Positions 18,926-29,063 of a stretch of DNA of 64,000 nt are shown piece after piece (the first letter of the stretch is position 1; every line of letters starts with the position of its first letter). The notes beneath the pieces were generated by a model, which ran no database searches, was not told the DNA's origin, and worked only from the letters and a program-made list of their open reading frames with translations. Location of the stretch: contig OZ252287.1 in the NCBI GenBank assembly GCA_965250085.1, positions 640,001-704,000 of the forward strand, written 5' to 3'. The translations under genes were made by a program, and so were the position numbers. Source of the DNA: Candidatus Altimarinota bacterium. Lineage in GTDB: Bacteria; Patescibacteriota; Gracilibacteria; CAIRYL01.

Positions 18926-20524
18926 TTAGAACGCTTTTGACACATAGCACTTTTTACAATAAACCGCTTCTGGTCGATCTTTTGCATATGTTGTGCGAAT
19001 GATTTTTCTACAATTCCTGCATTCTCTGTCATGGAGTTTTCTGGGATTCCTTTGATCAAATCTCATTTTATGTCGAACTTCTGGATGTAGATTGGGGATT
19101 GGCAAGTTCATGGTTTGATAGAATTCTAATTCTTTCTTCTGCAAGAGAAATGGCTTTTTAGATTTTTCACAAATGATCACTGCATTTGAAGGTTTTTCTG
19201 AAATATCCTGTATTGTATTTTCCTTCCACTTCCAACCTTTCATAATAACCTCGTCCTTCTTCATAGGCAAATATTCATATGAAACTGTTTCATTATATGA
19301 GAAGGGAGAAGTATGAATCGGGAAAAATTCACCCCATTCTCTTGCCTGAGTCATGTGTTTTATTATTTGCGAAACCAATTCTTCATACTTTTTTTTCGTG
19401 TATTGTGTATTGAAAATACAATATTTCTTATTTTTTAGTCCTACGCATCCAAATAAATATGAACTATTGTAACAATATTGGCAATATGATGAATTCTGCA
19501 AATAACGCCCAAAATAGCAGCATTTACAATTATGGAACCCCGTTGTGCCATTAAGTTCATAGCAAAGCTCTGCTCCACTCCCACTGTAGGAGCAACGATG
19601 CATATCCTTGGCTCCATCTCCACAAGTATCGCAATGCTGACTGTTTTGCATGTCTAAACAATCATAGCACTCATATAAATCCTTGCACTGATCTATATAA
19701 TCTCCAGTTACATTCTCGTTTTTAACCCCATGCATATATTTATGAGGGATTCGAAGAGCGATCGCATCACGTTTGTTTTTCCATTCTTTAATTTTTGAGA
19801 GAGTGAGCTTAAGAGTTTGCATTTTTTGCTCATACTCTTTTTTTGAGAATTGTTTATTTTCGAATACATATTTCTGATTTCTAAGTCCTGCTGAACAAAA
19901 ACAGTTCTTACATCCAGTACAGTTTTTTAAGAAATAGCTATTGGCACACCCATTACAATCTTGAGAAAAAAACAAACTGTATCCTTGAAAGCAATCTATA
20001 CACTCATAACAGAGCTCGCACTGAATGCATTTGGTTACATCTACACATGATTTGCACCATGCTGCCGTATGGCTGTAATAAACATCTTCTGAATAAAAGC
20101 AGAGAGCTAAATAGCAGGATGTATTATTCCCTCCATAATTCACATACTCACAATTTTCTGAAGTTCCATCTTGCATAAGGGCTACATGGGGAATAGATTT
20201 TTGAAATTCAGAAAATTGATCAAAAAATGATCTACTAAAATCAAATTTTCTGCCGTAATTCATAGGATCCCACTTGTCACTCCACCAGCACTCAGAGCAA
20301 TAAGGCATATATTGTGAATTTATGTCGAAAACAGAAATCATTGATTTTTTGCACAAATTACATTGATGTTTATAGAGATTGCGTTCGTTGCGAAATGCAT
20401 TGCGCCTTTGTCGGGAACAATCGGGGCAACGCGTTGGTTCTGGCACCTCTATTTTTGTATAAAACTCCTGATCTTCAGGAAGTATTTGAAATACTGCCGA
20501 GCAATTTACGCAGGTTTTTTGCAT
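18926..20524 (-). CDS. Cys-rich zinc-ribbon protein, paralogue 2
   Basis: Same architecture: CVNC..CPDC, WDPMNYGR, WGEFFP, RNPRKL, CRNC-x17-CKKC. Confidence 0.88.
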   Translation of the reverse strand: MQKTCVNCSAVFQILPEDQEFYTKIEVPEPTRCPDCSRQRRNAFRNERNLYKHQCNLCKKSMISVFDINSQYMPYCSECWWSDKWDPMNYGRKFDFSRSFFDQFSEFQKSIPHVALMQDGTSENCEYVNYGGNNTSCYLALCFYSEDVYYSHTAAWCKSCVDVTKCIQCELCYECIDCFQGYSLFFSQDCNGCANSYFLKNCTGCKNCFCSAGLRNQKYVFENKQFSKKEYEQKMQTLKLTLSKIKEWKNKRDAIALRIPHKYMHGVKNENVTGDYIDQCKDLYECYDCLDMQNSQHCDTCGDGAKDMHRCSYSGSGAELCYELNGTTGFHNCKCCYFGRYLQNSSYCQYCYNSSYLFGCVGLKNKKYCIFNTQYTKKKYEELVSQIIKHMTQAREWGEFFPIHTSPFSYNETVSYEYLPMKKDEVIMKGWKWKENTIQDISEKPSNAVIICEKSKKPFLLQKKELEFYQTMNLPIPNLHPEVRHKMRFDQRNPRKLHDRECRNCRKIIRTTYAKDRPEAVYCKKCYVSKAF

Positions 20525-20528
20525 TGAA

Positions 20529-21206
20529 TCATAGTGACTTTTTCACCTTGTAGCTCAAGTACATAAATGGTGTGTCTAAAAGCACCATACAAATTTTAAA
20601 TATATAAGCAGCAATCATCATTTGCCATAAATTTTCATGTATTCCATAAAAAGCAATGGGATAGAAAATCAAAACATCAATCAACTGAGTTGTCAGGGTG
20701 CTGCCACAATTCCGAAGCCAGAGCTTCTTTCCTCGTGTCATTGTTTTTATTTTATGAAACCACCAGATATCAAAGTGTTGCTCTACAGCAAACATAATAA
20801 GAGCGGCTATGACAATGCGAGAGGAAACTTCTAGAAGTGATTTTATATATGGCTGAATAAAGTCTCCTGCGACAGGAGTGAAGAAAACGATCATTTGCTG
20901 AAGAAGTCCAATGATTACTATGATAGCAATAATTAGCCAAACGAGTTCTTGCGCTGCTTTTTTCCCCCAATGTTCGGCAATGACATCGGTAGAAAAAAAT
21001 AAAGTTGCATAGATAAGTTCCCCAAAAAGAAAAACAAATCCAAAAATTTTGATGGTGAAGGGGGCGAGAAATAATGCCAGAACTGCCAAGGCACTTAGAT
21101 ATCCGAAAAATATAGCCTTTCCAAAACGAAATGCCATCAAGGCGAGTGATAACAAAGTAATTATTATGGTGACTATAAGCAATAGGTCCATGTTTTTAGT
21201 GTACAT
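20529..21206 (-). CDS. Queuosine precursor transporter (YhhQ/DUF165 family)
   Basis: Six TMs: FFSTDVIAEHWGKKAA, SSRIVIA, QHFDIWWF, LWLRNCGSTLTTQLIDVLIF, LDTPF. Confidence 0.88.
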   Translation of the reverse strand: MYTKNMDLLLIVTIIITLLSLALMAFRFGKAIFFGYLSALAVLALFLAPFTIKIFGFVFLFGELIYATLFFSTDVIAEHWGKKAAQELVWLIIAIIVIIGLLQQMIVFFTPVAGDFIQPYIKSLLEVSSRIVIAALIMFAVEQHFDIWWFHKIKTMTRGKKLWLRNCGSTLTTQLIDVLIFYPIAFYGIHENLWQMMIAAYIFKICMVLLDTPFMYLSYKVKKSL

Positions 21207-21209
21207 TTC

Positions 21210-22880
21210 TTAAAAAACCTCTGCCATATAACATTTCTCACAATACATTTTTTCTGGTCTCTCTGGTGCATAGGTTGTTTGGATTTCCTTATTGCATTTG
21301 TTGCACTTGCGTTTCCAAAGCTTGCGAGGATTACGAAGAGCCTGCCGATGGACATGTCGTATGTCTGGATGAAAATGGGGAATAGGAAATTTTTGTTTTC
21401 GATAAAACTCGAGTTCTGATTTCTGAATTCGAAAAAGTTTTCTGGATTCCTCACATTCTATAGCCCAGTTCAAAATATCATCAGGAATTTTGTCAATGGT
21501 GTCAGGGAGTTTTGCTGCGGGGATCTTTTTGGTGACATCCGAGAAATCTGGCTCTGGTTCGTCATACCACTTCCAACCTTTTTGAAGAACTTCTTCCTTT
21601 GTGAGAGGAAAATATTCTTGAGCAACAGTTTCATTGTATCCAAATGCAGAGAGTTCTGGTGGAAAAAATTCTCCCCACTCCTCCATTTGCAGCATGTGAT
21701 TTTTTATTTGAGAAAAAATATTTTTGTATTCGTCTTCTGAGTATTGCTTGTTGAGAATACAGTGATGCTTCTGCCTGAGGGAGACACAACCCAGAAGGTC
21801 ATGTACGTTTTGCCAGGAAAAGATAGAATGATAGACATCTACTGCCTGAAACGCCACATAATACGATCCAACTACGTTTTTCAGACCTACTCCGACACCA
21901 GCACTATTATAACAAAGCTCAGTACTGTCTCCCCAAATATTGAGGTCATAGCAGTCATTTACTTTTTTATACATATTGGTGCAAAACTTTGAATCTCGTA
22001 TGTCTCCCGCAGAATCATATATTTCAAAAGAGTTTTGACATCCATTCAGATTGTCACCGCTTGTATTCTGATTCATTGCCCCACGAAATGCCCTCTTCAC
22101 TTGCCGAGCACAAAATACTTCGAATTCTTTTTTGAAATCTTGAATCTTTGAATAATGGTGCAAATCAAATTCTCCTGCTTTCTTTGTATATTCCTCTGGA
22201 GAGTAAGGGATATTAAAAATATGATGCTGTTTTTGATGAAGATTGACACATCCAATACAATTCTTACATCCAATGCAATCGACAAGAAATGCAGATTCCG
22301 TGCAGGTCTTGCAAAAACGGCTAAACTTGAGGTCAAAGCAATTAATACAATTGATACACTCGTAGCAAAGCTCATTATCCCAAAGAAATAAAAAGTCCAT
22401 ACAATTTTTTATTTTTGCAAAAGTTTCTCCATACATACAGTCTTCTGCTTGTTCTCCGTCAAATACTAAGTGGCAGTTTTTGAGACGATACGCATCGTGA
22501 ACATAATCACTGTTAATACAATCCCCCAGAATAATAAGTCCTATTTTGGGAACTTCATCCCAAAGTTCTTTAAACTGGCTAAAAAAAGGGCGATTAAAAT
22601 CAAAATTCCGACCATACTCCATGGGATCCCATTTGTCTCCCCACCAACACTCAGAGCAATACACAGTATACGGTTTATCTGAGGAGTAGATGGTTACCAT
22701 TTGTTTTTTACAAAAATCGCACGCTCTCTTGTGCAAATTTCTCTCATTTCGAAAAGCAAGCCGACGTTGCTGACGACAGTCGGGACAGAGTCTTGGCTCG
22801 AGAACATCTATTTTTGAGTAAAATGCCCGATCTTGATCTGTGATCTCAAAATCTGTGCCGCACTGCTGACATGATTTCAC
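21210..22880 (-). CDS. Cys-rich zinc-ribbon protein, paralogue 3
   Basis: GTG start. CQQC..CPDC, WDPMEYGR, WGEFFP, RNPRKL, CNKC-x17-CEKC. Confidence 0.88.
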   Translation of the reverse strand: MKSCQQCGTDFEITDQDRAFYSKIDVLEPRLCPDCRQQRRLAFRNERNLHKRACDFCKKQMVTIYSSDKPYTVYCSECWWGDKWDPMEYGRNFDFNRPFFSQFKELWDEVPKIGLIILGDCINSDYVHDAYRLKNCHLVFDGEQAEDCMYGETFAKIKNCMDFLFLWDNELCYECINCINCFDLKFSRFCKTCTESAFLVDCIGCKNCIGCVNLHQKQHHIFNIPYSPEEYTKKAGEFDLHHYSKIQDFKKEFEVFCARQVKRAFRGAMNQNTSGDNLNGCQNSFEIYDSAGDIRDSKFCTNMYKKVNDCYDLNIWGDSTELCYNSAGVGVGLKNVVGSYYVAFQAVDVYHSIFSWQNVHDLLGCVSLRQKHHCILNKQYSEDEYKNIFSQIKNHMLQMEEWGEFFPPELSAFGYNETVAQEYFPLTKEEVLQKGWKWYDEPEPDFSDVTKKIPAAKLPDTIDKIPDDILNWAIECEESRKLFRIQKSELEFYRKQKFPIPHFHPDIRHVHRQALRNPRKLWKRKCNKCNKEIQTTYAPERPEKMYCEKCYMAEVF

Positions 22881-22904
22881 AAGAGAACAGTATCAAAAAA
22901 ACTG

Positions 22905-22967
22905 CTCCCTTGAAAAGGGAGGCTGGGTGGATTTAAATAAATCCCCTTTTTCAAAGGGGAGGGGGAA
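22905..22967. repeat. REP-like double palindrome, family A
   Basis: ctcccttgaaaagggaggctgggtggattt...cccctttttcaaagggg. Confidence 0.75.
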
Positions 22968-22973
22968 TAAAGA

Positions 22974-23738
22974 CTAGAAAAGTCTTTTTTGAACAAATGC
23001 CATAAAAGCTCCCAACATGAGATATCCATTAAATACTTCTATATCAGCAATAATTTTTGCAGGAATAGTTGCCGGAAATACGTCTCCAAATCCAAGTGTA
23101 GTAAAAGTAGCAATGGAAAAATGGAGTGCATCATACCAATGGATTCCGGTTATAGCATTGGAATGTGTAAGACCTCCTGCAATCAAAAAGAGTGCTGCAT
23201 AAAGAGTAACCGCAAAGAGACATGACATTCCCCATCGAAAAAAACTGAGACTATAGAGAGAGCTTAATTCCCAAATTCTATACGCCAGGAATCTCCCCCA
23301 CTTTGATTCAAATTTATAAAACCTCTTTCGGTATTCCATTTTTTGCAAATGTACTTTTTTGTAAGCGTCCCTGAATTCTTTTCTTCGATAACTTGTTTCA
23401 AGTGTCGTGAAGTGTCTCTCCATAATTTGATAAAATGCTTGTGCTTGATGTTTGAGGATTGGATCTTTTGAATTTGATTTCCACTGATCAAGATATTGCT
23501 GTTCTTGTTTCTCAAAGTACTCCAGCATCATGTCATACAAATGCTTTTCCGATCGGGTTTCATACAGCACATGTCTCTGCAGGGAAATTCTGAGAAGGTA
23601 ATAGTAGTAGGTCCCTCGCGTTTCAAAATCATCTTTATCGAGCTGCTCAAATTTGTCTTCAAAAACACTTCTTGCTTCTTCCAAATGAGCAGAAAGCTCT
23701 TGATTTTCAATAGCCGAAACTGCTTCGTGAATTTTCAA
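22974..23738 (-). CDS. Helical N-terminal domain plus 2-TM potassium-channel (Ion_trans_2) domain
   Basis: DALHFSIATFTTLGFGD pore/selectivity motif flanked by TM helices. Confidence 0.82.
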   Translation of the reverse strand: MKIHEAVSAIENQELSAHLEEARSVFEDKFEQLDKDDFETRGTYYYYLLRISLQRHVLYETRSEKHLYDMMLEYFEKQEQQYLDQWKSNSKDPILKHQAQAFYQIMERHFTTLETSYRRKEFRDAYKKVHLQKMEYRKRFYKFESKWGRFLAYRIWELSSLYSLSFFRWGMSCLFAVTLYAALFLIAGGLTHSNAITGIHWYDALHFSIATFTTLGFGDVFPATIPAKIIADIEVFNGYLMLGAFMAFVQKRLF

Positions 23739-23918
23739 AGAGTATATGTTTATATCCGATCATTGTACCAGAAACAAAGAAGAAACTCAATAAAATAAGA
23801 AATAAAAATCTACAGGGTGAAAGAGGATCCTGTCTTTTTCTTACAATACTATCATCAGATTTCTTCTCGCTTTTCTCAAAAAATCATGGAAAAATAAAGC
23901 TCCCTCATTTTTAGAGAC

Positions 23919-25268
23919 ATGGCTGCAAAAAAGCAGAAAATCCCGCCACAAGCACTTGATGCAGAGCGCTCGTTGCTCGGATCAGTTTTGATCGATCCGA
24001 ATGCTCTCATCAAAATAGTAGACATTATTCATCCTGATGATTTTTATTCAGATGTTCATAATAAAATTTACTCAGCAATGGCAGAGCTCAGTACAAAACA
24101 TAAGCCCATTGACCTTATTACGCTGTCTGATCTTTTGGAAGAAAAAAATATTTTAGAATCAATAGGGGGTGCTGGTGTTTTGAGTGAGCTAACGACAGAA
24201 GTGCCATCCGCAAGCCATGTCGTGGAATACGCGCAAATCGTGAAAAAAAAATCTGTTCTGAGAAAAATGATTGTGGCTGGAGATAAAGTAATGGGATTCG
24301 GATATGATGAAGAAAAAGAAACAGAAGATCTTTTGGAATCTGCAGAAAAAGAAGTTTTTAGTATTTCGCAAACTTTTCTGCAGAACAAATTTGTTTCTCT
24401 AAAAGATATCCTGAGTAAGCGATTTGAAGCATTTGCTGAGCTACATGAAGCTGAAGATAAAGATCAGATTCGTGGGATATCCAGTGGATTCAAAAGTCTC
24501 AATAATATTCTGGGGGGATTTCAGGCTTCTGATCTCATTGTCCTTGCTGCCCGTCCTTCCATGGGAAAAACCGCTCTTTCTCTTACATTTGCTTTAAGCG
24601 CTGCTATTGATCACAAAAAAACTATTGGTATCTTTTCACTAGAGATGTCCAAAGAACAATTGGTGGACCGTATGTTTGCTTCCAGGCTCAAAGTTGATTC
24701 TTGGAAACTTCAACGAGGTCGACTTTCTGATGAAGATTTTCAGAAAATGGGACCTGTAATGGATGAACTCTCTTCCATTCCGGTTTACATTGACGATTCT
24801 GTGGGCGCGAGCATTTCAGAACTCAGGGCCAAAGCACGAAGGCTTCAGATGGAACATGGACTGGATATGATCATTATTGATTATCTGCAACTCATGACAA
24901 CGGGCAACTCTGCTTTGATGGGCAACAGAGTACAAGAAATTTCAGAGATCTCACGAAGCCTCAAGGCACTCTCACGTGAGCTCCATATTCCTATTTTGGC
25001 ACTCTCGCAGCTTTCTCGTGGGGTAGAAGCTCGAAACGACAAACGCCCTATTCTCTCTGACCTCAGAGATTCGGGTGCCATCGAGCAAGATGCAGATATT
25101 GTGATGATGCTTTATAGAGATGATTACTATAATGAGGATTCCGACTTTCCTGGCATTACAGAAATTTGGGTTCGAAAACATCGAAATGGACCAATCGGAC
25201 ATATTGACCTTCGATTTGATAAAACTCAAATGAGATTTTACGAACTGGAAAAAACTCGAAGTGAGTAA
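23919..25268 (+). CDS. dnaB: Replicative DNA helicase
   Basis: PPQALDAERSLLG, AARPSMGKT, FSLEM, IIDYLQL, LSQLSR, LRDSGAIEQDAD, KHRNGP. No intein. Confidence 0.98.
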   Translation: MAAKKQKIPPQALDAERSLLGSVLIDPNALIKIVDIIHPDDFYSDVHNKIYSAMAELSTKHKPIDLITLSDLLEEKNILESIGGAGVLSELTTEVPSASHVVEYAQIVKKKSVLRKMIVAGDKVMGFGYDEEKETEDLLESAEKEVFSISQTFLQNKFVSLKDILSKRFEAFAELHEAEDKDQIRGISSGFKSLNNILGGFQASDLIVLAARPSMGKTALSLTFALSAAIDHKKTIGIFSLEMSKEQLVDRMFASRLKVDSWKLQRGRLSDEDFQKMGPVMDELSSIPVYIDDSVGASISELRAKARRLQMEHGLDMIIIDYLQLMTTGNSALMGNRVQEISEISRSLKALSRELHIPILALSQLSRGVEARNDKRPILSDLRDSGAIEQDADIVMMLYRDDYYNEDSDFPGITEIWVRKHRNGPIGHIDLRFDKTQMRFYELEKTRSE

Positions 25269-25356
25269 GTTCTTATGGTGTTTCAATAAAATTGCTTGAG
25301 AAAATGAAAAGGTTTTTATTTCAAGATTTTCACTTTTAACTTTCGATTCCCTTAGT

Positions 25357-25833
25357 ATGTATTGTCAGAAGTGTCGACACGAAGTAACAAGAGTGATTGA
25401 TTCTCGCATCACTGATGAAGGTTCTTCTACTCGCAGGAGGCGAGAATGTGAAAAATGCGGATATCGATTTACCACGTTTGAGCGCCGTGAAAGCACGGGG
25501 CTCATTGTGAGCAAAACAAATAATCTCAGAGAACCATTTTCAAGAGAAAAATTGGAAAAAAGTATCTGGACTGCATGTGGCAAAAGACCCGTTACTCGAG
25601 ATGAAGTAGAAAATATGATTTCTGAGCTTGAAGAAAAATGGGGGAACAATCGAGAAATATCATCCAGACGAATTGGAGAAGATGTAATGAAATCTCTCAA
25701 AAAACTTGATCACGTTGCCTACATTCGATTTGCAAGCGTGTACAGAAGTTTTAAAGATGTTGAGGATTTCAAGAAAGAAATTTCAGCTCTTTTTGGAGAT
25801 AAAAACAAGAATACAAAACACAACTCCTCATGA
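25357..25833 (+). CDS. nrdR: Transcriptional repressor NrdR
   Basis: CQKC..VIDSR..RRRRECEKCGYRFTTFER, ATP cone, VAYIRFASVYRSF. Confidence 0.97.
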   Translation: MYCQKCRHEVTRVIDSRITDEGSSTRRRRECEKCGYRFTTFERRESTGLIVSKTNNLREPFSREKLEKSIWTACGKRPVTRDEVENMISELEEKWGNNREISSRRIGEDVMKSLKKLDHVAYIRFASVYRSFKDVEDFKKEISALFGDKNKNTKHNSS

Positions 25834-26399
25834 ACATTGCACTTCAAACATTGTTGCAAAATTTAAAAGAAGAGGGGGAGAAGAGAAATATTCCGAATAT
25901 CTCTTTTCAAACAGGTGAAATTTTGCAATTCCTCATTCAAATCATAAGAGCAAAAAATGTTCTTGAAATCGGGTGTGCAAATGGGTTTTCTACAATCTTT
26001 CTAGCCGCAGTGGCAGAAAAAATAGGAGGCAAGGTCGTTACATGTGATATCTCCCTTCCAAGTTTTCGCGAAGCTCAAAAAAATGTAAAATCTGCGAGTT
26101 TATCTGACATTGTAGAATTTCGATTTGGGGATGGAAGGAATATATGTATTAAAAAAGAGAATTTTAAATTCATATTTATAGATGCTCAAAAGGATAAAAC
26201 TCATGAATTTTTTGAATATGGAATACGTTTTCTTTCTCCCGATGGAGTTATTTGCATAGATAATGCTCGCAAATTTCCTCAAAAAATGAGTCTGTTCGAT
26301 ACTTTAAAATCACAGACTAAAGATTTTATCTTTTTTGATATTTTCATTAGTGAGCATGATGCTATGACACTTTGTTTTTCTCAAAATACTTCCAAGTAA
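25830..26399 (+). CDS. O-methyltransferase (class I SAM)
   Basis: VLEIGCANGFST, FIFIDAQK, GVICIDN. Confidence 0.88.
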   Translation: MNIALQTLLQNLKEEGEKRNIPNISFQTGEILQFLIQIIRAKNVLEIGCANGFSTIFLAAVAEKIGGKVVTCDISLPSFREAQKNVKSASLSDIVEFRFGDGRNICIKKENFKFIFIDAQKDKTHEFFEYGIRFLSPDGVICIDNARKFPQKMSLFDTLKSQTKDFIFFDIFISEHDAMTLCFSQNTSK

Positions 26400-26401
26400 T
26401 T

Positions 26402-26929
26402 TTAAGAAGCACAATTTGCTCCTGATTGAGTGCAGGACGTATTGTCCACATAGAGCTCTAAAGTGTCATTCCCTCCTGGTTCAATACGGTTCCAATTCGT
26501 ATTTGAAGGACTGTCTCCTTTTCCAGGACTTGGCACCGCCATATAATCTATGCAACAACCGGGGCCCATATTATATTCACTTGCGTCATATTCCGTAGCA
26601 CCATCTTCAATAACAACTGCCCTATCTTCAAGTGTCCATCTCACATGTCCATCATTTCCAAATCGCCGTCTATTATAATTGGAAAGATTGTCAGAAACCT
26701 GATATCCAGGACCGTGTCCAGAGATGTCGTACATAGATGCTTCAAACATCCCATCCACTATAAAATATGAGGCTTTTGCTTCCTGCGCGAGTTTGTTTTT
26801 ATCAGTAGAGTGGATTATGAGCGTTCCTACACCGATAATGGCAACTGACATCACTGCCACAGAAATAATAGAAATGACAATTGCATTTCCTTTTTTTCGA
26901 GTTTCGTGATTACTTCTTCTAAGATACAT
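26402..26929 (-). CDS. PilX-like minor pilin / pilin-like protein, possibly C-terminally truncated
   Basis: Basic leader ending KKG, then a hydrophobic helix NAIVISIISVAVMSVAIIGVG and KASYFIVDGMFEA. Divergent from the pilus operon. Confidence 0.62.
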   Translation of the reverse strand: MYLRRSNHETRKKGNAIVISIISVAVMSVAIIGVGTLIIHSTDKNKLAQEAKASYFIVDGMFEASMYDISGHGPGYQVSDNLSNYNRRRFGNDGHVRWTLEDRAVVIEDGATEYDASEYNMGPGCCIDYMAVPSPGKGDSPSNTNWNRIEPGGNDTLELYVDNTSCTQSGANCAS

Positions 26930-27088
26930 CTTATGGTTTTTAACAGAGACCAACAGACGCTCCAAAGTATACCGATGAAGTACCAGGAAGAAAAGAGAGT
27001 CTTTTTCTCATACATTATATTCTAAAATTTATCTTGTTTTTTAGGGCCTTTTCAGGTACAATGATGAGAAAACTTAATACAAAAACAT

Positions 27089-28240
27089 ATGACTTCTGAT
27101 GCACAAAATACCCCTGGGGATATCGATCCTGTTTTTGAGCAGATACATGCATTGCAGCAATCTAAATCTGAACAAACGGAAATCTCTGGAGAATCCTCAA
27201 AAGCAATGGAAGAAAATGTTATCCCAGTAGAAAAAAATATTTCAGAAAGGTTAGAAAAAAATGTGGGCGAAGATCAAATAGTCACCAAGGATAAAAACAA
27301 TAGAAGTTTATATGTTCTCACTATGGAAAAAGGAAAGCATTTTTTCCAAAAGATACTACTGGACATTCAGGGTGTAGGGAAAAAAGAAGGAAGCTTTTTT
27401 CATTTTTTACACAAATCGAAAGACAAATCTGCTGAAAACATCCTTATTGAAAATATTTTAAGCCAAGGAAAAGAAGAAGAAGAAAAAACAAAACAAAAAG
27501 AAATACTATATAAAAAAAATGCTTTTGCTGAAGATCGCAAACTCTCTCCAGAGGAAATGGCTCAGCAAAAAACAGAGAGGGGGAAAGCTGAAGAACTTCT
27601 TCGATTTTCGAAAGTTCTTACTCTTGGGATTTTGGTGATTCCTCTCTTTTCATTTCTCTTCAGTGCAATGTTTTTGAGTACTTCTGGATTCTTCTCCACT
27701 CTAGTGGAAGACAAGAATTACGCACTTAACTTTCGGAAAAAAACAGAAGAGCTTCACACTCTCAAGTTATTTGTATCTTCTCAAGAGAAAAAAATTGCCG
27801 ATCTCGAAGGAAAAATTGCGGAAATCAAGGAAAACAAAGTACTTGCGGAGATTGCAGATAACAGAATTCACTGGAGAGAGGTTTTTGAAACTATCAATCG
27901 GATTACAGATACTGCTTTTGAAGGAAATAAAATCAGTAAATATGTAAACTATAGTAATTACTCTGGAAATAGTAAGAATGAAACGATACAAGTAGACGGG
28001 AATGTAAGAAGTCTCGTCGGTGCCAGTTGGCAGGATCTTATTAAGCTTCGAAATGTCCTTTCATCACATGACAGCTTTGAACCAGAAGAAATATATTTCC
28101 GCCAATTTGTGAAACACAAAGCCCAAAACTCTTCACAAATTGCTACTTCAGAATATGTGACACCTTTTAGTCTATCGTTTAAGTACATACGTGAAGATCT
28201 TGAAGAAGGTGGTGAGAACGATTTGCATGCGGCTCCATGA
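27089..28240 (+). CDS. PilN-like pilus alignment protein with long N-terminal extension
   Basis: Single TM, coiled coil, RIHWREVF..I, then a ferredoxin-like C-domain. Lies upstream of pilO/pilB/pilC-like genes. Confidence 0.62.
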   Translation: MTSDAQNTPGDIDPVFEQIHALQQSKSEQTEISGESSKAMEENVIPVEKNISERLEKNVGEDQIVTKDKNNRSLYVLTMEKGKHFFQKILLDIQGVGKKEGSFFHFLHKSKDKSAENILIENILSQGKEEEEKTKQKEILYKKNAFAEDRKLSPEEMAQQKTERGKAEELLRFSKVLTLGILVIPLFSFLFSAMFLSTSGFFSTLVEDKNYALNFRKKTEELHTLKLFVSSQEKKIADLEGKIAEIKENKVLAEIADNRIHWREVFETINRITDTAFEGNKISKYVNYSNYSGNSKNETIQVDGNVRSLVGASWQDLIKLRNVLSSHDSFEPEEIYFRQFVKHKAQNSSQIATSEYVTPFSLSFKYIREDLEEGGENDLHAAP

Positions 28241-28303
28241 TAAAAAAGAGAATGCCTTGGTGCGTTCATCTATAATTTATTACTTGTAATTTATAATTTC
28301 TCC

Positions 28304-29038
28304 ATGCTTCCTGTCGACAAACGAAAAGCTGAAATTTACCTCAAAAGAGTTCGCACTCTCCATAAAAATGCATATACCTATTTTGCCCTCGCGGGCATAA
28401 TCGTTTTTAGTACTTTGGTACTTCATTCATACCCGAAATTTCAAGAAATGCAGCAACTCAAAAGTGATATTCGGGAAACTGAAACAAAAATAAATGAACA
28501 GGAAGAAAAGAAGCAACAATTGCAGAAAGAACTTGAAGAAATTGCCGATGAATACGAAATAGTGTTGGAAGAGTGGAAGCCAATTTTAGACCAAGTGCTT
28601 CCTCAGCAAAACCCTACAGATCAAGTGGTTAGATTTTTAGAAGAATTTTCTCTTGCTTCTGATACCAAGAGTCATCCTATGAAGATTGAAAATATTTCGT
28701 TTTCTAGTGCTCTTGAGGAAGAAAGCTACTCTGTACTTCCTTTTCGAATGAGTGTGGAAGCAGATGAATACAATTTCATTCTCTTTTTGGAGCGAGTAAA
28801 AAATTCTGGGTCACTTAAAAAATCTGATTTTTACAAACTCGAACCAGTTCCTATCATGAGCATAGAATCTATAAGTGTTAACCTTCCTGAGCAAAGAATA
28901 AACACTCCTAGAATAATCTCATTAGGAGATGAGGGGCTCGAAGTAGAAACTTTCATATTCACTGTAGAAATGGAGGCGTACTTTCGCGAAGAAGTAAATG
29001 AAGAATCTTCTTCTCCGCCTCTTACTCCTGATGCATAA
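28304..29038 (+). CDS. PilO-like pilus alignment protein
   Basis: N-terminal TM, coiled coil, LDQVLP, LPFRMSVEA..YNFILFLE, IMSIESI. Operon context. Confidence 0.68.
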   Translation: MLPVDKRKAEIYLKRVRTLHKNAYTYFALAGIIVFSTLVLHSYPKFQEMQQLKSDIRETETKINEQEEKKQQLQKELEEIADEYEIVLEEWKPILDQVLPQQNPTDQVVRFLEEFSLASDTKSHPMKIENISFSSALEEESYSVLPFRMSVEADEYNFILFLERVKNSGSLKKSDFYKLEPVPIMSIESISVNLPEQRINTPRIISLGDEGLEVETFIFTVEMEAYFREEVNEESSSPPLTPDA

Positions 29039-29063
29039 AATTTTATGATTCTTTTTCTTTTCC

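Noticed and set aside
17249-22880. Diversity-generating retroelement acting on the Cys-rich paralogues
   Set aside because: No reverse transcriptase in the window, and no near-identical TR/VR pair differing only at adenines was seen. The paralogues differ throughout.
23919-25268. Intein in DnaB or a nearby replication origin
   Set aside because: DnaB has normal length with continuous motifs, and no DnaA-box cluster was noticed.
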